Shown: positions 30,839 through 45,387 of the stretch, in pieces
Layout of the letters: each line of letters opens with the position of its first letter
Numbering within the stretch: position 1 is the first letter of the stretch
Source: Eledone cirrhosa
Taxonomy: Eukaryota
NCBI GenBank assembly: GCA_964016885.1
Contig: CAXHJY010000424.1
Span: 1-64,000, forward strand
DNA: 64,000 nt
Direction: 5' to 3'
Position numbers and translations under genes: made by a program
Notes under the pieces: generated by a model
Seen by the model: the letters and a program-made list of their open reading frames with translations, nothing else
Databases searched by the model: none
Told to the model about the DNA's origin: nothing

Positions 30839-31223
30839 ATACCTTCCTGCCAGATAGTTGAACGTCTGAAAGTATATACTTTCCTTATGCATATTAACGG
30901 CTGAGCAGCCTAATTTGCATATCGAGTGAGTTCAGTCGGCTGGGCGCACCGAAAACGATAAATGGAATAGAATGAAACGAAATTTCATTTCTCACTCTTA
31001 GTACGGCACTTACTTAAATGTAAGTATGTATGTATGTATACAGACGTACAGTAATATGTATATATATATACATACATGCACACATATATATATGTACGTA
31101 TCGGTTTACCGAACATTTATTATAATGCCCGGTTTGTTTGTTTGTAAACAAACAAACAGCCTGAATTACGCCGTACAGTGTTTAGGCAACCACGTCACCT
31201 TTTTGTTCAACACTGACACAGGG

Positions 31224-31266
31224 ACGATGTACTAGTTTCAAGCTTATTAGCTATCGTCAGCATCAT
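31224..31266 (-). ncRNA. Type I hammerhead ribozyme (tandem partner)
   Basis: ATGATG-CTGACGA-t-AGCT-aata-AGCT-t-GAAAC-ta-GTA-CATCGT. Confidence 0.75.
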
Positions 31267-31571
31267 ATACCTTCCTACCAGATGGTTGAACGTCTGAAAG
31301 TATATACTTTCCTTATGCATATTAACGGCTGAGCAGCCTAATTTGCATATCGAGTGAGTTCAATTTTTAATTAAACATACGGCATATTACCAAATAAACT
31401 ATACATACATTCATGTATACATTCATGTATACATCGCTATTTCAGAGCACCAATCCTAATACCTAATTTTTGCTGGACCGGCAATCGCTCTGTGTAATCA
31501 GCTCCTGATTATTACTGGAATTCAATAAGAATCCAGCTTCTATAATTTTTGGCGAATGCAGGGGAGTACGT

Positions 31572-31613
31572 GGCTCTGATGAACGCCAACCAGCGTGAAA
31601 CAGACTGTCAGCT
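31572..31613 (+). ncRNA. Type I minimal hammerhead ribozyme
   Basis: GGCT-CTGATGA-ACGC-caacca-GCGT-GAAAC-agact-GTC-AGCT; predicted cleavage after 31609. Confidence 0.8.
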
Positions 31614-31771
31614 TCTCTCCCTTCTTTCACATAGAAGAAGTAAGTGACATAGTCATTATTTTAAAACTGATAACGTATGGTCTTCTAAATGTTTTTAATT
31701 AAACATACGGTATATTGCCAAATATATTATACACACATTCATGTATACATCGCTATTTCAGAGCACCAATC

Positions 31772-31835
<64 letters not shown>

Positions 31836-31854
31836 GATATATACACACACACAG

Positions 31855-31887
<33 letters not shown>

Positions 31888-32035
31888 AACACATACATAC
31901 ATGTGTATACATACAGAAATACACACATATGTATATACACGTACGTATACACAGACATACATATGCTCATACACACGCACGCTTACACATACGTGTGCAC
32001 ACTTTTGATATGAAATCGTGTGTCGAAACAAATAT

Positions 32036-35000
32036 TGTTATACTTGGGGAGGGTCATATTGTTGTAATATTGCCAGAAATAATAACAGAACACACTCACT
32101 GTTTGGTTGGTTTTCGCTTCTGTATCTTTTAAATCTCCATAGTTAATTTATTTGTCAATCAATGTTTATCATTGATTGACCAACAGTTAAAAATACAGAT
32201 ATAAATATATATATATATATAGTCTATCAAAGTTCTTTCGTTACACATCTGCAACATCAGTGATACTATTATGTTTCCTCCTGTTGTATTATGTCTACGC
32301 CATTTATATTTTTATTTATTTATTTATTTATTTATTTATATCTTCTTGTCTCTGACTCTGCGCATGCGTTTGCATGTGTGTAAAGTGTTTGGTGTGTGCG
32401 TTCGCGTTTGAGTGTATGTGTTTTTGTTTTTGTATTTTTTTGTTTTTGTTTTTGTATCTTTGTTCACTAGTGTGTGTTTATATGCATTTGTTGTTATTGT
32501 ACGTGTGTATATATTTATTGTGTATATATTAATTTATTTATTTATATTTCCCTTAAGTCAGTATTGTTTGTTTGGGTATGGTTGTTGTTGTTATTCCATT
32601 CGTTTTTGTCTGTTTAGCTTCGGTCTTCTAAGTTGTATCTCAGTAGCTTCTCTGATTTGCCTACCTATAGAGTTACTTCTATGCTTAGATATTATTTTAA
32701 TTTCTATGTTGTCTATATTACCGTCATGTCTTTGTCTGGCATGTTCGTATAGTACTGAACCGTTTTTTTGTCCTTTTAGTTCCCCACCAGTGTTGGTCTA
32801 TTCTTTTTCCTATGCTACGAGCTGTCCCATCTATATATGTCGTTGTCATGTTTCTACAAGTACGCTCTGTACATCTTATGCTATAGACTACTTTTCTAGT
32901 TTTACAGTTTATCTGGGGGTTCATTTTACATATAATACATTTCTTATTTGTACAGTGGGTTTTCTTAAAGGGATTATCAGGGATTTTATGGTAGTTCCTG
33001 GGTTTTCTACTACTTTAATCTTTAAATGGGTCTTTCTCAGGGCCTTTCTACATTGGTTAGCTAATTTCCCTCCAGGGGTAGCATCCACGAACATGACACT
33101 CTAGTATCTCTGGTTGTCGTACCATGAAGTGGCTTTCCCTATATATGTTTAGTCCTATCTAAGCTATTCCATGATTTGCTCCTGTATAATGGGCAAATTT
33201 CTTTCATGTCCAGTTCTATGAGGGTCTTATATTTCTCCATGGCTCCTTTGTATACACTGATTTTGTCTCTTTGGTTGTAGCCAGAGAACTGCATGCGATT
33301 GATGAATTGTTGGATATGTCTTTCCATTTCAGTTGGGTCGCACATGCCGAACACATTCATCATCAGTCTTACGAAGTCTGTGATCAGAATATTAAACTTA
33401 GCACTATTGGACATTGCTGAGTTTTTGAGTATCGGGTATTTGGAGGCCATTGGTGTAACATAGTGTGAGTGGAGAATTTGGGCCCTCTCGTCTATAGTGT
33501 TTATCCAGAGTTCCGTGTCTAATACAGGTAGTCTATTGTTAGGGTGTTTGGAAGGGTAGTCAACAGTTTCAGTTATACTCTGGTGTATGGAGTTAGCTAT
33601 CAGCTGGATGCTCTCCATTGTGCTATTTTCTAATTTATGTTTATTAGTACTCTCGGGGGGGGGGGGGGGGGGGGGGGGTTATTATTACTATATCAATATT
33701 GTCTACGTAACGAGAGTACATGACTAGGTCTATGGAGTTCTCTTCAAGGAGTTCTCTGAGTCTCCTCTCCCACCATACTATAAATAGATTGGCAACGTAC
33801 CCAGCTATGCTGACGCCAATGGCTGCTCCCTCATTCTGGGTGTAGATCTTTTCGTTAAATTTAAACATATGCCCCTTTAGGGTAGTTTTAATACGAGCCC
33901 CTATTGCATGTGTGACCATTTTTCTCACCTGATCGTGGTTTTGGGGTGTCCGTATGACTTTGGTCCATCCATTCCATCTTCCCATGAGAGTGTTTTTAGC
34001 CATTGAGGTGGGGGTAGGGGTCTACCTCTTATTGGCCTACTGGAGCAGAAACAGCTAAGGTCATGGTTATCTAGCTACTCGGTGTCATAAGTAAGTCCAA
34101 GTACGAGGCTGAGTTCATTTGTGTCGACGTCGCAGAACTCCACTTCGCTTTCACTGATTATTTCCACACATTTTTCCACAGCAAAATCAATGTTAACGGA
34201 TGGGTACAGTGATACCACGTCCATACTGCCCATTATGCAGTTAGTTAAGTTTTTGTTCATATTGTATTCAATGATCCTGCTGAGGAGGTCCTCTGTGCTG
34301 TCACATATATCCGGGGACATTTTAATTATGGGGCGTATAACCATTGAGAGGAAGTAGGAGATCCTGTAGTTGCTAGCAATATTGGCTCCGCATACAGGTC
34401 TTGTTGGTGGTCCTGTCGTCGGGTCGTCGGTTGTCTTATGCTCTTTGCGGAGCCCATACAAGGGTGGTATGTCGTTGTTAGACGCTTGAAAGTTGTTGGC
34501 AGTGCGTCTGCCTGGCTTTAGGAAGTCTGTCCACATCATCATGTGAGCGTTGAGGATCTTCTCTCTCTCCTCATGTGTTTGTTGTGTTGTTTCACTCGTG
34601 TTGGTGATGTGGGTTGCATAGCCTTGATATTGTTCAGCACGCTGTCTATTGACATCCTACCAGATTTATCTGTGGCTAGACACACTACCTCACCATCCCT
34701 TGTGCGCTGCTTGAGGCTAAGTAGGCCTTCTACAGGTTTCCTTCCAAGTTGTTGAATTTCTGGTCTGCTTTGTCTCTTAGTATATTGGTCTACTACATAT
34801 CTAAGTTTATTTCTAGCTAAGGTAAACTATGCCTCTAATTCGTCATCTATTTGTTATGGTATACAAACTCTTTTATTAGAAGGTAACCTAGTGGGATACA
34901 TTTTGTTCATCTTGTATGTTTTGTTAGCTGGATTGAAGAACAGGTTCTCTAAGGGGTTGTCATTAAATCTACCGTTATATTGTGTGTACATTATTGTCAT

Positions 35001-35640
35001 TATGGCTGTTGTTGTTCGTACTGTTAACATTATTATTATTGTTATGATTGTTAAACGTATTGTTGTTGTTGTTCTCTTCATTGTTGTTGTTACTGTTATT
35101 TCTACCATTGTGGGTGTTACCTGTGTTGTTACGTTTTTTTGTTGTTGTTGTTTGTTGTTGTTGTTGTTGTTCTGACTATCGTTAACGTTGCTGCTCCTGC
35201 TATTGCCATTACAACAAACACATATAAACACACATTAGTGAACAAAGATAGAATACAAAAACAAAAAACACATACACTCAAATGCAAACACACACAACAA
35301 ACATTATACACACACGCAAACGCATGCGCAGAGTCAGAGACAAGAAGAAATAAATAAATAAATAAAAATATAAATGGCGTAGACATATAATACAACAGGA
35401 GGAAACATAATAGTATCACTAATGTTGCAGATGTGTAACGAAAGAACTTTGATAGACTATATATATATATATTTATATCTGTATTTTTAACCGCTGGTCA
35501 ATCAATGATAAACATTGATTGACAAATAAATTAACTGTGGAGGTACAAAAATACAGAAGCGAAAACCAGCCAAACAGTGAGTGTGTTCTGTTATTATTTC
35601 TGGCAATATTACAACAATAGGACCCTCCCCAAGTATAACT
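32036..35640 (-). mobile_element. Near full-length decayed PLE (RT plus C-terminal GIY-YIG) bounded by inverted terminal repeats
   Basis: ORF pieces PPLYGLRKEHK..PTRPV..MGSMDVVSLYPSV; YTQNEGAAIG..YSRYVDNI; LPVLDTELW..QFSGY; VVYSIRC..TYIDGTARSIGKRIDQH. 32036-32500 is the reverse complement of about 35210-35640. Confidence 0.85.
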
Positions 35641-36143
35641 ATATATATAGTTATGTATCTTTTATACCAGCGGTTAAAAATACAGATATAAATATATATA
35701 TTGAGTTAAGAACTCAGGGTAGTCCCTTACAATTAAATAGCTCTAAGAGAAAAGCTTTTCCGAGCCGTACAATATAATTGAACAAGAGAGATGAACACTA
35801 ATATAAACATACATGTGTTCGAATCGTAAGGACTAAAAATTTGCTGGAGTGAAAAAATACTAACTACAGCAATATAGAATGTTATCCTTAACTTTAAATA
35901 TTAAATTAAGAAAAATAAAGAAAAATAACAGACCTATATTGGGCAAAAATGCCTGGAAACAACTAGACAGTGTTGGAGACCGTTCGCAACGACTTATTAA
36001 GTGAAGTTTTCACGTTTCTCTGCTCCTCAGTAGTTGTTGAGAAATTTACACATCTGCAAAATTAGTGGTACTATTATGTTTCCTCCTGTTGTATTATATG
36101 TCTACGCCATTTATATTTTGATTAATTTATTTATTACTTACTT

Positions 36144-36766
36144 GTGGAGTTATGTCAAACAGCTACTGTCACGTGTGGAATGAATCCGGCTATCGGCCGA
36201 GTCCATAGTGAAGATCGACCTGCCGCCTTCCTTAGGTCAGGAAGAGCAGGAAATTTTTCTCTGTCTGGTGGCCGTTGCGAAAGAGGTTATATGGTGGACC
36301 AGATTAAAAGGACTGAACACAGATACTTTTCTCTTCGGACAATCCCTCATCAACTTCTTCAAGTTTCACCTGGAAAGGAAGGTGAAGGTGGAGAGAGAAG
36401 TGCTGCCCCCAGTACATTTGCTAAAAGGTGGACGAATGTGGCGAGAATGGCCCGTGTGAATGGGCCTACTCTGACCATGCGTCTATAGGCTAGCTAACTT
36501 GAGGAGAGGGGTGCTCTCTCTGGGTGGCATAGAAGCGCAGGGTGGTTCAGGATTGGTGGGGTACCTGAGTCACCCCAGGGTCGTCCACCCCCTATCGGGA
36601 ATTTATTTTGTTATATTTATGCATAGTTTATTTTATATTTTTTATATCTTCATTGTTAAATTAGTCTTGCCATTGTGCACTTTTACTCGACCTTATTGTA
36701 AACCCCCACTGTCCCTGTCTTTGTATTGTCCCCTACATGTCGGCCCTTGTGGCTAATAAATGAAAT
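36144..36766 (+). mobile_element. 5'-truncated LINE (L1/Tx1-like ORF2 C-terminus plus 3' UTR)
   Basis: FLCLVAVAKEVIWWTRLKG resembles the AKxxIWxxR motif at the end of L1/Tx1 ORF2. Ends AATAAATGAAATC. Sits between two inverted PLE terminal-repeat pieces. Confidence 0.55.
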
Positions 36767-37217
36767 CATTATTGTTATGATTGTTAAAAGTATTGTTGCT
36801 GCTATTCTCTTCATTGTTATTGTTGTTATTACTGCTATTTCTACCATTGTGGGTGTTACCTGTGTTGTTACCTTTTTTTGTTTTTGTTGTTGTTGTTGTT
36901 GTTGTTCTGCCTATCGTTAACGTTGCTGTTCCTGCTATTTCCATTACAACAAACACATATAAACACACATTAGTGAACAAAGATAAAATACAAAAACAAA
37001 AACACATACACTCAAATGCGAACACACACACCAAACATTATACACACACGCAAACGCATGCGCAGAGACAGAGACGAGAAGTAATAAAAAAATTAATCAA
37101 AATATAAATGGCGTAGACATATAATACAACAGGAGGAAACATAATAGTATCACTAATGTTGCAGATGTGTAGATTTCTCAACAACTACTGAGGAGCAGAG
37201 AGACGTGAAAACTTCAT
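36767..37217 (+). mobile_element. Additional copy of the PLE terminal repeat (direct to 35030-35430, inverted to 36002-36143)
   Basis: Visual alignment; includes a degenerate CTGAGGA...GAAA hammerhead-like motif at about 37188-37211. Confidence 0.75.
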
Positions 37218-37221
37218 ATTC

Positions 37222-37260
<39 letters not shown>

Positions 37261-37264
<4 letters not shown>

Positions 37265-37379
37265 AAGTATGAGCCCGACGGCAGAGCTCAAGCCGTTTCG
37301 ACGGCTATTTCTGGACTGAACGATTCCAGAAATAGACGTCGAAACGGCTTGAGCTCTGCCGTCGAGGTCATACTTTCTC
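37261..37379. repeat. Fold-back inverted repeat (about 55-bp arms) of a repeat also seen at 1045-1170 and 51208-51345
   Basis: gagaaagtatga...tatttctgga / tccagaaatag...tcatactttctc. Confidence 0.8.
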
Positions 37380-37459
37380 CTATTACCCCATCTACTACCC
37401 TAAGTATTGAGTACTCTGGTGCGTTATGGTCCATCTGGTTCCTTACCTCAACTCCTTCG

Positions 37460-37521
<62 letters not shown>

Positions 37522-37774
37522 AACCATCTGGTTGTGGAACCAACCAACCAACCGGAAATTTATAAATTTATTATAATAAATTGAAGTGAAACAACTGATG
37601 CGTGTGTTTCTTATTGACAACATGACCCTCCCAAAGTATAACAATATATATATATATGAATAAAAATAGACCGAGAAACATGAATGTCCATCATCAGTAG
37701 TCCGCTGATTATCATTGGTATTTCTTCGCATTAAAGACTAGATACCTAAAATCAGTGCGAGCGATAACTAATTG

Positions 37775-38064
37775 ACCCCCACTCTTACACCCATATTCGA
37801 CGACCCCACCACTAGTAATACTAACACCCATCTTACCACACACGCACTCACACACACACACAGCAGTATATATACACTCACTCATACACATGTACACAGC
37901 ACATTCTCCCTCCTCTCTCTCCCCCATACTACCAACACCACCTCCACACACCTCATCCTACTAACACCTCCACTAATATACCCCCCCCCCACACACACAC
38001 CGCCACCACCCTCTCCTTCACCTTTTCACACTGACCTAACCTCCTCGCACGAACACTACACCTC

Positions 38065-38110
<46 letters not shown>
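37775..38110 (+). mobile_element. Fragment of the 18430-20572 PLE 3' region, opposite orientation
   Basis: Reverse complement of about 19480-19790. Confidence 0.8.
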
Positions 38111-38124
<14 letters not shown>

Positions 38125-39649
38125 GGCTGGTGTGAATGTGTCATGTTAGGAAATAAAATGTAAGAAGAAAGAATTTCCTTAACTAGAAAAATGGTCTGAT
38201 TTACACATGGATAAAAACGTGCTTAAAATATATCTTTTTCCTCTTAAGTGTGAGTCCATTATCGTTACGCTAAGAAGTGACTGAAATTCATTTTTATGAT
38301 GCTACACAATTTGGAGCCAAAAAGTAGCCAGATGTAAAGAAACCTTATACATTATATGGAGCGTTGGCAGTGTTTGAAATTTGAAACTTTGTAAATATGA
38401 ATACATACAATTTGATCAACACAAATCGGACATGTTTAACGAAGACGATTGGCTGCTTTTTAAAAGAATTTGTTAAGAGATTTAACTAATGGGAATAATG
38501 AATAAAAGGTTAAGTTTTTATTTTTGTCCCGTATAGTATATTATCACCAAATTGCCATTCTGAGTTCAAATCCCGCTGAGGTTAACTTTGTCTTTCATCC
38601 TTACGGGGTCGATAAAATAAAGTACCAGTAATGCACTGAGTAATTGCTGGCCTTGTGCCAAAAGTAGAAACAATTATTACTTTTCTATGAATATAATAAT
38701 GCAATGTTTACCAGACCGGTCAACTCGACAGGAAGATAACCCACACACTTTGGGGTGGGTAAAACATGTCTTCTCTTGTGAAAATGTGTATAGCTTTCAT
38801 TATGTCAAAATCTCCCCATCTTGCCTCATTTCTCCTCGTTTTGTGGCACTTTTTTAATGGTACTCCCCGTTTGGGATTTTAAAGGTTGGCAGGTCTGGCT
38901 TACAGAATGAAAATATAAACACAATATATATATGTGAAAATATAAACACGTATAATAAATATAATTAATTATTGCGATGAACCTTACTTTATTATAGTTT
39001 AGATAATATCGTTGATAAGGCACAAAAATATATATAATCAAAGAGAGAGAAAACCCCATCAATTCACCACTAAATGCGTCAATCGGTCACACATCACAAG
39101 GGTCATCGGAACTTTTTTTAGGCAAGCCATCACGCTGGCAACATTACTGCTGGCGAGGGCGAGGCTAAGGTGCTACAACAACTAGGCACCCTCACCTTCA
39201 CAGGCATCAGCTGACACTTCGGTAGGGCGAGCTGCTAATGATGATAAGAACTTCGCTGTCAGTGGCCCAGCTTCATCAAACGTTTCCTACGTAGTATATA
39301 ATATACTATATAGTATAGAGTGTATAATATAGTATGTAGTTTTAAACATATATATATTTATTCTGCGACAAGTAACCACTGATGTTAATTCATTATAATA
39401 AAACATTCGTTCCGTCCGTCCTACAGTGACGACGAAATTTAAGTTGACGATGACGAAATTAAAACTGATGATGACGAGATCGAGATTAACGATAATAAGA
39501 ATAAGGATGATGTTGACGGTTTTGAGGGGAAACGCTAAATGTTGTCTATATAAGAGATTTTTATTCACAGTTCTATAAATAACATTACAAATGAGTAAAT
39601 AACATTATAAATTGTTCGCAATTCGTTCAAAAGAACATTACAAATACTG

Positions 39650-40395
39650 CTAACATGTGTAGTGTGTATATTGATATTATACGCAGGTATATATACATGT
39701 AGATATGATGCATCAAATAAAATCGAAAATGACAATATATAATACATAGTACATAATACAATTGAACGGAGACTGTGTTACACTGCTTTATTTAATCAGT
39801 AACGTAATCCATGATACATTAAAAGAAGACGATATTATACATAAACTGCGGTGGATTGGCAGTATCGGTAGAGGGTCGGACGCCATGCTTTGACGCATAG
39901 AGTTACGGCCCTTGCCATTCTGAGTTCAAATCCCGCCGAGGTTAACTTTGCCTTTCATCCTTACGGGGTCGATAAAATAAAGTACCAGTAATGCGCTGGG
40001 TAATTGCTGGCCTTCTGCCAAAAAGTAGAAACAATTACTATATATAAACTGCATTAGGAGAAAATTAGTGACAGAAAATGAGTATGTTTATTTAAGCGAT
40101 GGCCAACCGGAAGTGTTGACATTTCAGAAATTTTAAAGAAGGGAATCTTTAAATAAACAAAATATATTTAATCAACAGCCACGAAATTTAGTAGATAAAT
40201 TATGTAATATTCATTTGCCTTTCATCCTTACGGGGTCGATAAAATAAAGTACCAGTAATGTACTGGATAATTGATGGCCTTGTGCCTAAAGTAGAAACAA
40301 TTATTTATTCAAAGTAATCCAACTTATTTTACTAATGGGATAAAAAATTATAAACCGTACGCAGTCCCGCGCGCCTTACTTTATTATAGTTTAGA
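39650..40395 (-). mobile_element. Second Helitron-like copy carrying two younger SINE insertions (39849-40036, 40215-40302)
   Basis: Colinear with 27060-27510 once the SINEs are removed; TSD ATAAACTGC flanks the first SINE. Confidence 0.6.
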
Positions 40396-40509
40396 TAATG
40401 TCGTTGATAAACACAAATATAAGCGCAAAAAAAAGAAACAGAAAAAGAAAGAAAAAGAAAAAGGCGGGGGCCAAAAAGATAAACGACTATCAATTCAGCA
40501 CCAAGTGAG

Positions 40510-40880
40510 AAATTACCCCAGTGCATTACTGGTGCATTATTTTATTGACCCCGTAAAGATGAAAGACAAAGTTAACTTCAGCGGGATTTGAACTCAGACC
40601 GTAAAGGGCCATAGCTCTATGCTTCAAAGCATGGCGTCCGACCCTCTACCGATGCTATCAATCCACTGCCCTTTGTATCTATTGTAATAAATAATTGTTT
40701 CTACTATTGGCACACGGACAGCAATTACCCAGTGTATTACTGGTACTTTATTTTATCGACCCCGTAAGGATGAAAGGCAAAGTTTACCTCGGCGGGATTT
40801 GAACTCAGAATGGCAAGGGCCGTAACTCTATGCGTCAAAGAATGGCGTCCGACCCTCTACCGATACTGCCAATCCACCGG
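40510..40880 (-). mobile_element. Two tandem SINE copies
   Basis: Reverse complement of the SINE family, twice. Confidence 0.85.
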
Positions 40881-41124
40881 CTTTGTAATAAATATTGTAA
40901 TAAATTGTAATAAATAATATATGTTGATTATTCACTATTGTAATATGTTGATTATTTACAGGTGTAATGTATAGAATATATGTCTGCCTATATAGTATGG
41001 TTATAAACACTTTAAGTTGTCCGTTTACAATTGTAATGTATATAATATATGTAATTTATCGAAATATGTTAGTATGTATGAAAAATTATTCCTTCGAAGA
41101 GGTAAGATAGTGAAGAAAAGAGTA

Positions 41125-41470
41125 AGATATTTCACTGGACACTGTCCTTATAAATATATATAGTATGGTAGTGAGATAATTCACTGGACACTGTCCTTAT
41201 AAATATATATCGTATCATAGTGGGATATTTCACTGGACACTGTCCTTATAAATATATATAGTATGGTAGTGAGATAATTCACTGGACACTGTCCTTATAA
41301 ATATATATCGTATCATAGTGGGATATTTCACTGGACACTGTCCTTATAAATATATATAGTATGGTATTGAGATAATTCACTGGACACTGTCCTTATAAAT
41401 ATATATCGTATCATAGTGGGATATTTCACTGGACACTGTCCATATAAATATATATCGTAAGATATTGTGA
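41125..41470. repeat. 49-bp minisatellite, 7 copies of two alternating variants, upstream of gene B promoter
   Basis: ttcactggacactgtccttataaatatata followed alternately by tagtatggtagtgagataa or tcgtatcatagtgggatat. Confidence 0.95.
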
Positions 41471-41998
41471 TATATCGGGCGTTAATGTGATTCGCGTAAT
41501 AAAATATATATAAATTTGAGAGTCAGGACTGATGGTAAGGCAAAGTCAAGGCTGGTGTGAATGTGTCATGTTAGGAAATAAAACGTAAGAAAGAATTTCC
41601 TTAACTAGAAAAATGTCTGATTAACACATGGAAAAAAAACGTGCTTAACGTTAGGAAGTGAAATTTTCATGTCCGGAATCATTTACAATTTATTCTCGTG
41701 AATTGTATAAAGATCTGTTTGTAGTAATTTGTATATGTAGTATCAATAAAGATGGTTTAAAGAAATACTTTACTAATAAATTCACTGTTTCTTTACACAT
41801 TATCAAACATGTGATTAAATTTGTGATTATTGAACTAATTTGTGAAACGTTTCTGATATCATTGTTATAACTGCAAGAAAAGTGCTCCACCTGGGAAAGT
41901 TGCCATTTTAAGATATGAAATTAGGAAAAGCTATTAAACTAAATCATTTTATTTCTTCAATTAATTAATTTATGCAGGTGATCACGTTTATTATAGGG

Positions 41999-42007
41999 TA
42001 TATAAAG
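41999..42007 (+). promoter_or_regulatory. TATA box of gene B
   Basis: TATATAAAG about 100 bp upstream of a strong Kozak-context ATG (ACCACCATG, ATG at 42107). Confidence 0.6.
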
Positions 42008-42106
42008 CGTCCTTCTAAGACATTTGTCAAACCTGTCCTTGTTTCGAAGAAGATAACAACCATCACCATTCTACAACAGGAAAATAAGATAAACCAATTG
42101 ACCACC

Positions 42107-42167
42107 ATGTTGTACCAATTGCTACTAATATTAGCAGCATTTTCATTCGTAAACAGCTACAACAACT
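42107..42167 (+). CDS. Gene B exon 1: signal peptide MLYQLLLILAAFSFVNSYNN
   Basis: Kozak ACCACCATG, hydrophobic core and a VNS-Y cleavage-like site. Phase-1 donor GTAAGT at 42168 matches the phase-1 acceptor at 45655 (T+AC = Tyr). Confidence 0.85.
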
Positions 42168-43271
42168 GTAAGTAATTCATATTGCTATATATTGTATATT
42201 TGTTGATGTTTTAAATTAGTTTAGTTGAATTTATCAATTGTACACAAGACGTGTCATAGCTCCAGTGTGACTCTATGAGAGTTGAAGTTTATTAGGACTT
42301 ACCTGTCCACTAAAATATCCCATGACACATTACAGTACCTAGATACATAGGTAATATCAAATATTCCGTATTGTGACACCAAGGAGACGAGAAGCCAATG
42401 ATCAACATGACAAACTTCTCTCTAGTGTTTCATGTTTAAATCTTATGTTATTTATATGGTCAGATGTATAAGGTACCAGTACGGCTTACATCTTCACATT
42501 GTTCACAGTTGTTGAAAAACAAAGTGTAAGGTCTTGTAAGCTCTATCGCGATTGATAGAGAAGTTATCGATCTATATATGTGATCAGTTACATCTAATTG
42601 TTCTTTAGGATGGTGAATTGACAGAGTCGATAGAACATCGGACACAATACTTTGTGGTATTTGTCGTGACTCTTTCCATTCAAATTTCACACCTCATTGT
42701 GGTAAAGTTTGTCTTCCATAATCTAGTGGGGTGTATCCACTCTCAAAGTTCACACTTTATTGTGGTAAAGTTTGTCTTCCATAATCTAGTGTGGTGTATA
42801 GATAGATTTGTTAGAACATCTGATGAGATGTGATATTTCTTACGGTTATTTGCCTTCTATAGTGTCTTCAGTGATGGACTTAATACGTAATCCAGCTTAA
42901 CACTACCGCTTTGGTTGTTTTTTTTTTACCTTTAACGTATTTCACTCTCCTGCAAACGTTCAAGAGAAATCTCTAGTTGGGAGGTAATTTTCTCTTGTTT
43001 TTACACCATTTTCGAAGCGACAGAAAATTAAAGGACCGCGAACGTTAGGTTTCCTTCTTTAACTAATGTGCTTAAAAAAATGTGTTGTTCTTCTTTGGGA
43101 AAAAGTTTAATCATGATATTATTAAAAGTAAAGGTCAAATCTACAAATTAGGGATTTGTATTGTAAAAATGTAATATATACTTAAGTAAAATTTTGTATA
43201 TATATATATATTGTTTTATTTGTTTTGTTTTCTATGATTTTAAATTTAAATGATTATTGTGGTAGACGTAA

Positions 43272-43620
43272 GGGCGGTGGATTGGCAGTATCGGTAGAGG
43301 GTCGGACGCCATGCTTTGACGCATAGAGTTACGGGGTCGATAAAATAAAGTACCAATAATGCACTGGGTAATTGCTGGCCTTGTGCCAAAAGTAGAAACA
43401 ATTATTATTATTGTGGATTGGCAGAATCGGTAGAGAGTCGGACGCCATGCTTTCCAGTATAGTTACGTCCCTTTACGGTCTGAGTTCAAATCCCGCCGAG
43501 GTTAACTTTGCCTTTCATCCTTACGAGGTCGATAAAATAAAGCACCAGTCATGCACTGAAGCCTATTTAATCGACTTTCCCCTCCCCTTCAAATAACTGG
43601 CCTTGTGCCTATACGAGAAA
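43272..43620 (+). mobile_element. Two SINE copies in gene B intron 1 (first internally deleted)
   Basis: The first copy jumps gttacgg|ggtcga (deletion at a ttacgg microhomology); the second is full length. Confidence 0.8.
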
Positions 43621-43760
43621 TCATTATTGTGGTAGACGTAGTATTTCGGTAGGAAGGTCGTATTATGGTCAATGAAAACAAAATTCATTTTCGGATTAAA
43701 AGTATCTCTGAGCGAACTTGCGTCCTCACGAATAAATATCAAATATTTTCCGGCAACGCG

Positions 43761-45086
<1,326 letters not shown>

Positions 45087-45354
45087 AGATGTGTGTGTCA
45101 GATGTGAAACTACAGCTAAAGGTTGCACGCCTTTCGAACCACTCAATGCTGCTACAAAATCCGTCATGTTTAGGTTGTATTCCAGAGTTAAGGCGGTTGT
45201 AGTGCGCAGTGTGTAAATATTCGCATAACTGACGAGATGTCGAATGAGTCGAAGCCCGTTATCTTTATTTTACCCAAAGCTGATCGATATCGATGCCAGT
45301 AACATTTTTACATATGATGCAACACTTACATCGAATCTACTTAATCTCACCCCC

Positions 45355-45387
<33 letters not shown>

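Larger units (their letters stand above)
30595..31362 (-). repeat. Tandem duplication (about 340 bp homologous, offset about 428 bp), each copy with a hammerhead
   Basis: 30595-30934 matches 31016-31362. Confidence 0.85.

Noticed and set aside
32412-33104. 230-aa hydrophobic ORF resembling a membrane protein
   Set aside because: Antisense to the PLE GIY-YIG and 3' region; T-rich composition explains the hydrophobicity.
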